A DNA stretch of 64,000 nucleotides from Mizuhopecten yessoensis (Eukaryota). Every line of letters begins with the position of its first letter. Position 1 is the first letter of the stretch. Below the pieces are notes generated by a model that was not told the origin of the DNA, made no database searches, and saw only the letters and a program-made list of their open reading frames with translations. The stretch is taken from the NCBI RefSeq assembly GCF_002113885.1, contig NW_018480039.1, positions 344,531-408,530 on the forward strand, given 5' to 3'. The position numbers and the translations under genes are program-made. Positions 40,801 to 52,269 of the stretch are shown here, in pieces.

Positions 40801-41345
40801 GTCAGTACTCTAGTACGTGTCTGACGATACAGTAGAAAACTAGTGTCAGTACTCTAGTACGTGTCTGACGATACAGTAGACTACATATGTCAATATTCTA
40901 GTACGTACTAATGTCTGGTTTCTTGTACGTGTCTGACGGTACAGTAGAATACTAGTGGCGGTACTGTAGTACGTGTCTGACAATACAGCAGAACAGTGGT
41001 GTCAGTATTATAGTACATGTCTGACGGTACAATAGACTGCTAATGTCATAATTCTAGCACTTGTCTGACGAAATAGTAGAATACTAATGTCAGTACTCTA
41101 GTACGGACTAATGTCAGTATTCTAGTACGTGTCTGACGGTACAGTAGAATACTTATGTCAGTACTCTAGTACGTACTAATATCAGCACTCTAATACGTGT
41201 CTGACGATACAGTAGACTACGTATGTCGGTATTCTGGTACGTACTAATATCAGTGCTCTTGTACGTGTCTGACGGTACAGTAAAATTCTAGTGGCAGTAT
41301 TACAGTATGTGTCTGATCGTAAACTTACATGCTCCTGAGAGTATT
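37860..41345. repeat. Satellite array, 44-bp unit (ctgacggtacagtagaatactagtggcagtactctagtacgtgt), with internal inversion at about 39360-40072
   Basis: About 3.5 kb of tandem units. The unit is two related 22-mers. Orientation flips at about 39360 and reverts at about 40070. Confidence 0.97.
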
Positions 41346-41725
41346 CTAGTGTTGTCTTACGGTATATTGCTATACTGTTGTCAGAATTCTAGCATATTTA
41401 TGACGGCATACTAGTATGCTAGTAGTAGCATTCTAGCATGCTTCTAACAATATGCTGATGTGCTATGGATGTATTCTAGTATGAGTCTGATGGTATAATA
41501 CTATGCTACTGTTACTATTCTAGCATGCTTCTAATATCATACTGATGTGCTACTGGTTGTATTCTAGTTTGATCTTGACGATATGATATTATGCAAATAC
41601 TTATTCTAGTACCTTTCTCACGATGGAATACCACTGCTAATAAGGATATACTAGTATGATACTTGTAGAATTTTGGATTTGCCTGACAGTATACTAGGAT
41701 ATTATCGGTGATGTACTAAGATGTA
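41346..41725. repeat. Highly degenerate continuation of the 22/44-bp satellite
   Basis: attctag motif recurs at 44-bp spacing (for example 41343, 41386, 41430, 41473, 41517, 41561). Confidence 0.75.
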
Positions 41726-44700
41726 CCTATTGATGAATCATAAAATATGGTGCGGATAGAAGAAAGAAGCTCAAAACTTTTAACTCTCTGACAACACAGA
41801 TTATATCTACATGAGAAAACAGTCTGCAGCTTAGTAAACTTATATGTAATATCAATTAAAATACATTTCTTAAGTGCATAGAGTATAGCTTTCATAATAT
41901 CGATATCATATTGCTTGTAGCTTCATAACCGGTAGTTGTTTCAATGTTAGTGAAACACGCCACAGCTTAAAGCGTCCGTGTTTAAGCGGTTTTTTCTGTT
42001 AAGACTATAATATTAAAAATGAGGTTTGCCTCGACTGAAGACGAACATGCCCTTATTCGCGACCTGTGGTAATCAATACACGAATGAGACTCGAGGAAAC
42101 TCACGTTACATCGTTGTAAACTTGGAGGCTCTGAAGATCAATTTTACATTTTTAAATCACAACCCATTTTAGTGTCAGCCAACCCCCAATAAAATTGTTC
42201 TGATAAACCTTTGGTATGAGAATCACAAAGTGTACTCAATGAGTATAGATAGTCAAACTACATTAAAATGTATTATTATTATTTTTATTTACTTTTTTAT
42301 ATATATTTTTTTTGTAAACGAAAAAAAGCGATGATTTATATTCGGTTTATTTGGTTGGGTTAAATTATTTACTCTAATATGTCCATATAGATCGAATCTC
42401 TGCAATCAATGGAACAAGTTGGAGTTTCCTTAAATAATGAAATCTTGGAATCTGTTATATTCTGTTGTTATATATGACACACGTTTTTGCTTTCTCATAT
42501 AAATGCAACAATGCACATTTTATTGCTTTACTTTCAAATTGTAAAGACAATTAAAAACACATACCGGATAACGTAAATTTTGAGCTGGTGCCTGTTTTCC
42601 TGTTCCGAGATAGAGAAATGTGTATGAGATATATAATTGCAAATATCACGCTACTCTTACAGATCAAATACGTCAAGACAAACGACTACATTTGCGAGAG
42701 ACGGGGCAACGTTATTTTCGGTAAAAACGCCGTAAAAAGTTATTTTCCGATCACTGTAACAATACAGCATGATCTGTTATCCGGGAATTTTATATCGAGA
42801 ATTAAGTTTTTTATAATGAAGTCGAACGTATACTTGTTTATATTCCTGCTCTCCGCAAAGACACCTGCTATGTATGTTGAAGAGCAACAACTTAATACCA
42901 AAACGATAGGCTCATAGAAATGTTTCAAACATTTGTAGTAATCAATGAATGACGCGGTTAACACGTGCATCCCTAGAAGTGCCAAATCACATTCCGTGAC
43001 TCAAATCATGAATAACGGACAATTCCTAGCATGAACTTGTGATGTTAGAAAGCACGACCTTAAAGGGAAACTGATGAACGGTTTACAAGTGACACCGCAA
43101 AACACAGACCTGATCGAAGATAATAATGAATTCCAGTGAATCAACTTTACAAAGAAATACTACGCTATACAGAACGTGGCATCAATTAAAGAATGTTAAG
43201 CTTTACTAGAACATTATACACTTAACAATAATGCTTAAATTTGGAAACGGATTCATTCTGAACAAATCATAAACCTTTCAGGGATAACTAATTTCTGATG
43301 TCGCATTTTGGGGGGATTTAAACTGGTGGAGAAACACATTTCTTTTACTTTCTACAATCTACTTCTAGTGATACTTTAATACAAGTTGAGTTGTTTTCAA
43401 GACGGTTATATTTTGATGAACGCTATGGGGAAATGTAAACCAAGTAATCCAGGTGGACGTGTTTGCGTGTAAGTTTCATTTGATTAGGCGTTATGTCATA
43501 GCTTCAGTACCTTATATATATCACTACACAATCCAAACGTATTGAGATACGTCTAATCTGATCTAAAGATATTCTTAAATATTGATATTTTCTTTCCCGT
43601 GTGATGTTTCTTACAATTGCAAATCAAAAAATATGAACAAAACGGCAACCCAATAACAAAGAATTCTTTACAAGATGAAGTCATAAATAGTCATTTGTAA
43701 ATCATTCACCATTAATAAATTGCTGCTGAGCATGTGAAACGTACATTACCACGGTAACAGTATTCGGGCTCACACCATACTATAGCATGTCAAATCGTTA
43801 CACACTCAATCAACAGCCAGAACTAGCAACCACTTTGTTGAGGAAATAACAGTGTTAGTGTAAACATGGAGGGGAGGGGGGACATTTATCGCAAAACGTT
43901 TCTACAGTATTGATGGAACGATAGCTATGATAAAACGGTTCAATATACATCTTTTTGGGTGCTTTATATTTTCTTGGCTAATGCTTATTTTTATCAAAAA
44001 TGAAAACGCTACTCTTTTTTAAGTTTTTGTTTTCATTCCGATTAACCCCATCCCTTCCCTTGTCATTCTTTCTAGAATAAAATTTGAAATAATCAACTGT
44101 GTAACATTTTCCTTTACTTTTGTCTGGGATCCAGAAGCGCAAAGTCCAATCACTAAATGAAATATCACATTAATCCATTTCAAACAATTAAACAAAATGA
44201 GGCTTTGTTTTCAATAAAGGTACTTATCGGTAAGAAGGCCGACAGGTGTCTATGTTGAAGAAGAAAAACAACTTTCACTTGCGTGCATATTACTTTGATG
44301 TGTTATATCACAGGTGTGGGCTTTACTTTGATGTATGACCATATTGATGGGTTCTGTACCACTGGGTCCAGTATATACCTGACGCGTACACATCTGAGGG
44401 ATAGCGTGAATACTAACCACTTAGCCATGTACTCGTTACAGTTTCTCTTACCTGGTAACCTGCCGACAGGTCGCCTCCATCCGGATGTTCTCTCAATAAT
44501 GCATGTGATTGCAATCAAGGTGATAAAGTCACTTCCACGAAGCAAGTCAGATGTGGAATCCCCAGGATGATCCGTAATAATCCTTTTCCCACAGATAAAG
44601 ATAGGCGGTCGACTATGTATCTCTCAAAATCACAGTGTGTAACTCCGGGTAGTATTCCACAAAATTAATTTGGTCATAAATATTGCATTTGAGCAATATT

Positions 44701-47247
44701 AGAATCGGAAAGTTTAAGTATGAAAAAACACGACGAAAATAATCATGCAAGATAATTCCATACTGCAAAACAAAAAATATCCAGCAAAATCCAGAGAAAA
44801 AGTGCAACAGGCCGGATCACAACTTTACCATGGTATATCCAAAATGCAATTCTTTCATCTTCTCTTCTCATCCAACAGATAAATTACTGAAGTCGCTTAA
44901 TTTAATGCGGATGTCCCGCAGGATATTACAAAACATACAATTATGCATTCCAACAATGTAAAACCATCGCATAAATTGTTACTATCTTCTAAGAGTTGAA
45001 AATCGTTCATTATCAATTTAAGTACAAAATACATGGTTTGAATTTAAGAATATCCTGCTCTTCCACAGTCCTCAAGCAAACAATACAGTGCCATTTATTT
45101 GCCTACATTCGTTTCATTTATAGCTTAATTAATGCTTAACACAAGTACGGAATTATAATGTTAAAAAAACGGTGTAAAAACAATAACAGACATGAACAGA
45201 TAGTCATAGATAACATGATGCTATGCTATTGTTAAGTAGGTTTGCCATGTTAAGACTACACACGCCAGACATATAGCGTCCAAATTCACCGAGTAACGGG
45301 TTTTTTTAAATTCCGATTTCCGACTGTTGGAGTAATTACGACATACACTTAATTCTAATTATTAATTGCTTGCCAAAACTTTTGAGAAAACAAAAATGAA
45401 AAGCAAATAAACTGTAAGTTTGTCTTGGATTGTTTGATGAAACTTTGATACCTAGAAGGCTGCACGTATTTTCATTGTGCATACAACGTCTCACGAATTT
45501 AAGCAAAATGATTGCAACTTCAAGGTATATATGACAAGACCTGATCAAATCCTGGACCTCACGTAATACAACATATGTTACTGTCGTTCTGTCCGTTTTC
45601 GCGAGCATTAATTTTCCTATGTTGTACTTCTAACGACATACTCACAGAAATTTGACATTTTTTTGCAATGGAAACAACAGAAATAGGTCTTGGTGAATAT
45701 TCTGCATGTCTCAATAATACTTCATCTATTCTAACACAGTAAAAAATGGTTTGCGTATTATGACATTTTAAGGGCGTTGTTTGAGGTCCTTTCTTATAGA
45801 AAACAAACTCTGAGGAAACTTAAGAAATATATCTCATTAACTGGAACTAATTAATTGCAACCTATAACACAATATACGTGCATTTTCGAGTGGTGATACT
45901 ACATGTTCCCAATGACATTATAATCCTTTTGGTAGTTATTAGGTGTCTGATTCATCCATTAGATAAATGGACGTAATTTGGTTGGGGGTCCTCATGATGT
46001 AGAGTTAGAGCATGAATTCAGCAGAAAAATATACAGATTACGTTATTATTGTCAATAATGCTGATTTGGACTGGGATTGACTGGATGCATGGTAGAATTA
46101 TGAGGTGGCATTACCAGAGACCTTTGTCCTCGATCGATCCGGTCCTCCTAACACACGCGGATAGCTATACATGACTGGCTATAATATGCTGCGTATGAAT
46201 GCACTCCCTAAATATTGCAGCATACTATATAGTGTGGGCCACTGGGCCGTGTGTAACAGGGTTGACATATCTGTAATTACTCGGGCCTACTACAATCAGA
46301 GCCAGAACAGCTCATTACAGACTTACCGTTTCAAAGTCATTGTTATTTGGATAGAATATTTACAGTACGATTTCCCCAATACAATATTGACTGTATAAAT
46401 ATTATAACAGGGCTGATGTTTCTAATATAACGTCCCATGATACTGCCTTATAGTTCCTACCATGGTGATTCTATTATGACTAAGCTTTTGTCGATTATTT
46501 TATCGGGAATGAAATGGCATAACAATCAGGCACAAATCTGATTAATGATTTGTGTGGCCATCATTGAAAAAGTCACACACAATTTCCAATTTGAGATGCA
46601 TAGTCATTAATGCTTTAACTACGTAGGCCGCTTATATTAGATTATAGTAAGGTATTTGTTCACAATTATGTTAGATTATTTGAAGTTTTTGTGAAAAAAG
46701 ATACAACTTGGAAAATTAAAATATATGTGACCGGTTATACACTTTCATTCATATCACTTAAACATTCAACCATGTCTCTTTCATGCATTTCTATCATAGC
46801 ACACGTGTAATGAAAATTTCATCCGTAACGTTTTAATTAATTAAACAGGCATGCATTATCCATATAGAGGTATGTTCTAAGGTGTGAGATTAGGTATGTG
46901 AAATATCAAACGTCTAGTTCAATGATGAAAAAAATCTACTCATATGCATATAAATATATATATATACACAATCTTAAACGATACTTTCTTACCCTAGAGT
47001 GAATCTCATGCTGAAGGAAGAAGAGCTAGCCTGATAGGAACATTTGGTTTGATTATGACAAATACGGTCATTTTTGCCTAAGGCAATACCATGCAAACGA
47101 AGAGGAAAACTCTGTAACCACTGTGTACAGTGGAGGAAAATTGACACTAATCGTTTAGTATCTAGGTCATTCTACGATAAAGGTAATAACAGTCTTATCA
47201 ACTTTCTAATAGTAATGTGACAAAAATACTAGAAGATCTTTAAATAT

Positions 47248-48597
47248 CTACATCCTTGATCTACCGGTTTTGTGTGCATAGAATTTGTTGAAGTTTTCCG
47301 TAATGATTGGTACCGGTATGGCTAAAGTAAGCACACCAGCTAAAGCACATACGGACCCTATAAGTTTGCCGAGGGGTCCAACAGGAACCTTATCACCGTA
47401 CCCTACAGTGCACATCGTGATGACGGCCCACCAGAACCCGTCGGGAATACTCTTGATTTGTGCATCTGGGATTCCGTGTTCTGCGTAATAAATCGCACTG
47501 GAAAATAAAAGAACACACACCACCATGGCCACTAGGAATAGCATTAGACCTTGTATACTTGCTTTGAACGTCAGAATCAACACCTGTAAACCCGCCGAGT
47601 GTTTGGTCAATTTGAATATCCTCACTAATCTCACCACTCTGAGAAAGGCGAGCGAAGCACCAGAACTGGCGCTATCGCAACCGGCGGGCGCCAGGAGGTT
47701 TGACAGTGAAATGTAATACGGAACAATAGCAGTGATGTCAACAATATTTTTGAAGTCTTTAAAATATTTGATTTTACTTGGGCACGAGAAAAGACGAATA
47801 ACCACTTCTAGTGTGAACCATATGGTACATACCGTTTCCATAATGAAAAAGGGTTCCATGAAATTGGGCCGTCCATCTATACAATCGCTTCCTGAAAGAC
47901 TGGGTAAGGTTTCAACACAAAACAAAACAATTGATAATAAAGTTATAACCACCGACACAATTGCAACGACGTAGGCATACGGTGAAGTTTCCGGGTATTC
48001 CATCAGCATCCAAATTTTTCGTTTCCATTTGCTGTCCGGAAGCTCCATTTTCTCCTGTATGTAGCCCTCCTCGTCCTTGTACAGATCAACAACTTCCTTT
48101 TCAATTTCATAGAAGTCCAGTTCCCTAAGAAAAATGTCATCGGGAACAGGTTCGGGTCGCCTGATTTTTCCTCCATACATATAGTAATTAAATATGGATT
48201 CAAAGGTAGGTCTGTGTCGATCAAAGAAAAATTCGTTTCTCCTTTTATCGAAATATTTTAATCGTTTTCGCGGATTGCCGAGTAGTGTTGTAGGGTGTCG
48301 GTTGACTAATGTTGCCCAGAGCTCGTAGTACTGACCGCTGACATTAATGGTGAAACGGTCACACGTGCTAAGACAGCAGGTATGCGGTGACGTATTTCCG
48401 TTACAACAAGTTTCCAAACAGACAATAAGCTCTGCATCCAGCTCCTTATCATCGCTACTGCGACTACTTCCCGCTCCTTTTGTGGACTCTGGTGACTGGA
48501 ACAGCCACAGGTCACCGTCTGCGTCCTGGTCCTGGTTTCTATTCCGACTCATTGGTCTCCGGTACCGGGACTGATTCGAGATGAACGGAACTGCCAT
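47248..48597 (-). CDS. Voltage-gated potassium channel alpha subunit, Shaker/Kv1 (KCNA-like) family, intronless, 449 aa
   Basis: Single uninterrupted ORF. Kv1-type T1 domain (INVSGQYYE...PTTLLGNP...EFFFDRHRPTFESIFNYY..GGKIRRP..VP.DIF), S1 (WMLMEYPETS...FCVETLP), S2 (ETVCTIWFTLE), S3 (NIVD), S4 (LRVVRLVRIFKLTKHS), pore (FWWAVITMCTVGYGD), S6 (AIPVPII..NFN). The track starts at a GTG (48648); the first in-frame ATG is 48597 in a gaaATGg context. Confidence 0.96.
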   Translation of the reverse strand: MAVPFISNQSRYRRPMSRNRNQDQDADGDLWLFQSPESTKGAGSSRSSDDKELDAELIVCLETCCNGNTSPHTCCLSTCDRFTINVSGQYYELWATLVNRHPTTLLGNPRKRLKYFDKRRNEFFFDRHRPTFESIFNYYMYGGKIRRPEPVPDDIFLRELDFYEIEKEVVDLYKDEEGYIQEKMELPDSKWKRKIWMLMEYPETSPYAYVVAIVSVVITLLSIVLFCVETLPSLSGSDCIDGRPNFMEPFFIMETVCTIWFTLEVVIRLFSCPSKIKYFKDFKNIVDITAIVPYYISLSNLLAPAGCDSASSGASLAFLRVVRLVRIFKLTKHSAGLQVLILTFKASIQGLMLFLVAMVVCVLLFSSAIYYAEHGIPDAQIKSIPDGFWWAVITMCTVGYGDKVPVGPLGKLIGSVCALAGVLTLAIPVPIITENFNKFYAHKTGRSRM

Positions 48598-51473
48598 TTC
48601 CTTTCCGAATCTTATTAACTTTGTATAAGGGAGGCTTGGTTTGAACACAAAATCAATATTTTCGGATATACACGAGAGTCATCCTGCTCGTAAAACTTAC
48701 TTTCGAAGTTTAGTTTTCTTTCATTAGAAATCAATAAAAGAAGTAACATGCGAGAAGAACTTCCTTCAAACATGAAGCCAAAGCACAGTATATCTGTAGT
48801 AGGAATCCCCCGATGGCTGCCAATCTACCATCAGTACGTACATGTACTACATACAAGTCGTTTTCCCCGACACTTCAGCACAGAAAATTCGATATTCTCC
48901 AAAAACGCAGACAGATCTGTTTTCAGTATTTTGACTGTAATTATATTTTCGTTAGATCTGCGAGGGAGCTGTCAATAGCAGGCAGAGAAGTGAACTCAAA
49001 AGTAGTTTTTTTTTCACAATTAAAAAATATCTATAATCCTTGGCGTTTAATGTTATGAGAACTATACTCCAACAGATAACGAACGATCTGTATGAAAGGT
49101 TGACTAACTTAAGAGTTAGTTCAAATATGCTGGTGTGTTAAGGCTATGTGGAGACTTACTTTGTTTGCGTTCGCTGGACACTAGCGTTAGAGTCCTATAG
49201 CTTGCTTTCGAATTATAATACCTACACGTCGCTCCTCTAACGTTTAATACAAGACCACTTGATATAGCAGTGCTATGTAAGGAAACATGGCGTCCTCGTT
49301 CCGTCCAATTTTTAAAGGAAAACTTTATAATCCCTGTAAAAAAATCACAAACTTTCAAACCAGTTGCACTTTTCATACCGATTTGTTAGTGTCGATAACG
49401 ATCTCCTCCAGCGTGTTATTTGTAAACACACTTTGCCGTTGAATCAATGTTCACTCGTAGTCAATCGATGGCGTATTAAGACCCCATCTTTTGTGCGTCG
49501 TCGTAGATTTTCAATTCATCTCTTCACTGAGTCCAGTATGTAGACTACCTACAGTAGCGTCACAACAACAAAGGGTGGAGATCAATACCGCCTCTCCAAA
49601 CACACGCACACATCGTGTGGACCGACTCGTGCACCAGTCCCTGTTTCTGCCATCTTGCAAACAACTCATACAAAAAAAAACTAAGACCAAGTTAGGTTAG
49701 TTTTCTCCGTAACACTATTGACAATGATCTGTGCCAGTGCCACTAGATAGTAGCTTCCGATCTGACTGTAACTCGTACACTACTTACTCCACACTATGCC
49801 CGCTATCTAACCGTTGCGTGGACGACACCACACAAGCGTGGCACGCTTAGACACCTGGGACTTCAGATCGTGGAATCAAATTAACAGTTGTGTTCCGTTA
49901 AGCATGACTGACGATTGACGTCACTAAATCCCAATATACTGCGCGTGACTTACCGTATAGTGGTACGGTCGTTACGGAGTCGTTACGGAGGTCAGCGATA
50001 CTTTTGACCAACTATTGATGTCGAGATGCTATAACAGTTGATTAGTGCCGACCATGGCCATCCGGTACGGTGGATTAAAACATTTAAGACTATCCCTTCT
50101 TTCGTCTTATGTGCTTTCAGGGAAACGCCGGTAACAGATGTGATACAACGCCAGTCACCACCGATGTGTTATATACACGTTGCTGGCTTCAGTCTATAGT
50201 TGCTTTATTGTAATGAAAATTTGTGTATTAGCTTGCAATAGAGCCAAGGTCTTGTAGGGCAGAATTACCCTGGGAGCTCACTCTGTGAAAGGCATTGTTA
50301 AGTGGATATTAATAATTAAAGAGTTTAAAATAAGCATGGAACAGAGTGAGGCAGTCGCTGACAAAGTCAATAGCTTGAATAGGTGTTCGCGCAGGTAAAC
50401 CGTCCGCTCTTATTTTACTACAGCTGGTTTGACGTTCATGCGCAAAGCTTCTAACAAAAACGAATAAGTTATTGCATTATTGATATGTTGGCACTACTGC
50501 CGTTCTTGTTCCAGAAGGCAGGTATGCCATTGGTTGTAATGAGATTTGTGCACGACCCTCAAATCTATCTATACATAATGTGTTAATACGTATTTATATA
50601 AAAACTTTTTTTAATAAAACTACAGAATACTTTATAAACACGAACCGTTCGCCTTTATAAGTGGATGAATCTCTCAGTAAAATATGAATTATTCTCTCTG
50701 TATAGTTTGTTGTAAATATACGGTCGCATGGCTCGTCTTGAAAGGAACACCTATGTAATACAATCGTCAATCCCGCTAACAGTTGGCACTTTTGTAAAAT
50801 ATATGTAAGGTTAGTGTATACAGGAGTGAATGAATGAGTGTAGAGCGGCGGATCAATAAGTTGGAGTAGCGGTTCGATAAAGCCTTGCCATTGTTCGCTA
50901 TTGTTGGAATTGTTATGGACGGGGATCATGCATAACGAATACATATAGTCTTTCAGGTAGAACAGAAGAAGCCTCTCACCAGACCGGGTACTTGTATTAT
51001 TACTACATGAGTTTACCATCGGTCAGTACATCGATGAGGCTGACAGGGAAAAGGGACATAGAGTAGGATATGAAAGGGAGGGAAGCGGTCCTAGTGGATG
51101 CGATACTGATAGTAACATGAGAGGAATTAGGTAGATATAACCCGGAGGTATATAAATCGACCTATTTGTGAAAAAAGGATATTGGTTAAAGAATAGATTG
51201 TGTCTCTATCGTTATAACCTATACTCCCTACATGATATATGTTGTAAAATGAGTATGTTGTTATCGACGTTTTGGATCAATGTGCACTGCTGGCACATGT
51301 ATTGTTATAAGTGTAAACAATTATGTATACATTGTAGTATTACATACTAAAATTGATCTGCTGCCCCAGTTACAGCATCTGGGAGCGCTATCTTTTCTAA
51401 CGCTCATTATAATTATGTACCCCTTTAGCCTTTGTCACAATAATGCGACCTGTTGTGGTATCATGATAGTGTA

Positions 51474-51701
51474 GAGGCCGCGGTGGTCAAGTGGTCAAGT
51501 GGTTAAGGCGTCTGACATGCTGCTACCACTAGCCTTCAACCACTGGGTCGCGGTTCGAGACCTACGTGGGCCAGTCGCCAGGTACTGGCCGTAGGTCGGT
51601 GGTTTTCCTCCGGGACCTCCGGCTTTCCTCCACCACCAAAACCTGGCACGTTCTTAAATTACTATAGCTGTTAATAGGACGAAAAACACAAACAAACCAA
51701 A
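51474..51701 (+). mobile_element. tRNA-derived SINE with V-domain-like core (family A, copy 2)
   Basis: A box with tandem tggtcaag duplication, B box ggttcgagacc, core ggtggttttcctccgggacctccggctttcctccacc. Diverged target-site duplication atcatgatagtgt (51460-51472) versus atcatga[att]gatagtgt (51701-51718). Confidence 0.92.
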
Positions 51702-52031
51702 TCATGAATTGATAGTGTGGCTAGGCTAGGGTAAGAGTAATATTATGATTGGAACAGATGCGTGGCACTGCCATCTGTGGATATATCTGCAGTATATGAC
51801 TTTTACTGTGGCAAACTCGTACAAATTCTAGTCATGTATTCATTTAATAATACGACTATAAATCATAGCATGGAAGTCATTAAGGATTTTTTTTTTATTC
51901 CCTAAATACTTTATTTGGCATAAAAAAAAATATATGGGTATACATACCACAGTATCAACACACAAAGACCAAACATACCGCAACGTCAACACACAGACAC
52001 CAACAAAATACATACATTTTAATAACATTAA

Positions 52032-52269
52032 TGTTTATTTATTTCACAACAACTATTATTTTACAACAATATAGTTATAGTTAATTTTATATTAATCAGT
52101 CCTGATGGACCGGATGTAAGCGCGGGTCTTAATTTGGGAGGACACTGAAGTTCCCGGGCCGTTTCCGGGCAGGTGACCCCCATACCTTTTTCACGTCCGA
52201 TCGGGAAATCGAACCCCGGCCGCCTTGGTGAAAGGCGAGTGTGTTATCCACTGCACCACCCGACCACCC
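52032..52269 (-). mobile_element. tRNA(Glu)-like-head SINE (family B)
   Basis: Minus strand gggtggtcgggtggtgcagtgg...gcctttcaccaaggcggccggggttcgatttccc, then a body and an A-rich tail with aataaa. A second copy lies at 15640-15808. Confidence 0.88.

Noticed and set aside
37860-41345. CRISPR-like array (palindromic repeats of about 40 bp)
   Set aside because: Head-to-tail units with no unique spacers, no cas genes, and a eukaryotic context. The same applies to 55812-60480.
47285-48574. Plus-strand ORFs overlapping the Kv gene
   Set aside because: Antisense shadows of a GC-richer coding sequence with no recognisable domains.
48598-48648. 17-aa N-terminal extension of the Kv channel
   Set aside because: Depends on a GTG start. 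The eukaryotic start is most likely ATG 48597, although an upstream exon cannot be excluded.
49900-49935. CRE site (tgacgtca, 49916-49923) as Kv promoter
   Set aside because: The same octamer occurs many times across the window, often in TE remnants, and there is no TSS evidence.
52190-52269. tRNA-Glu gene
   Set aside because: Acceptor stem is poor, no oligo-T terminator follows, and it runs into a SINE body with another copy at 15640.
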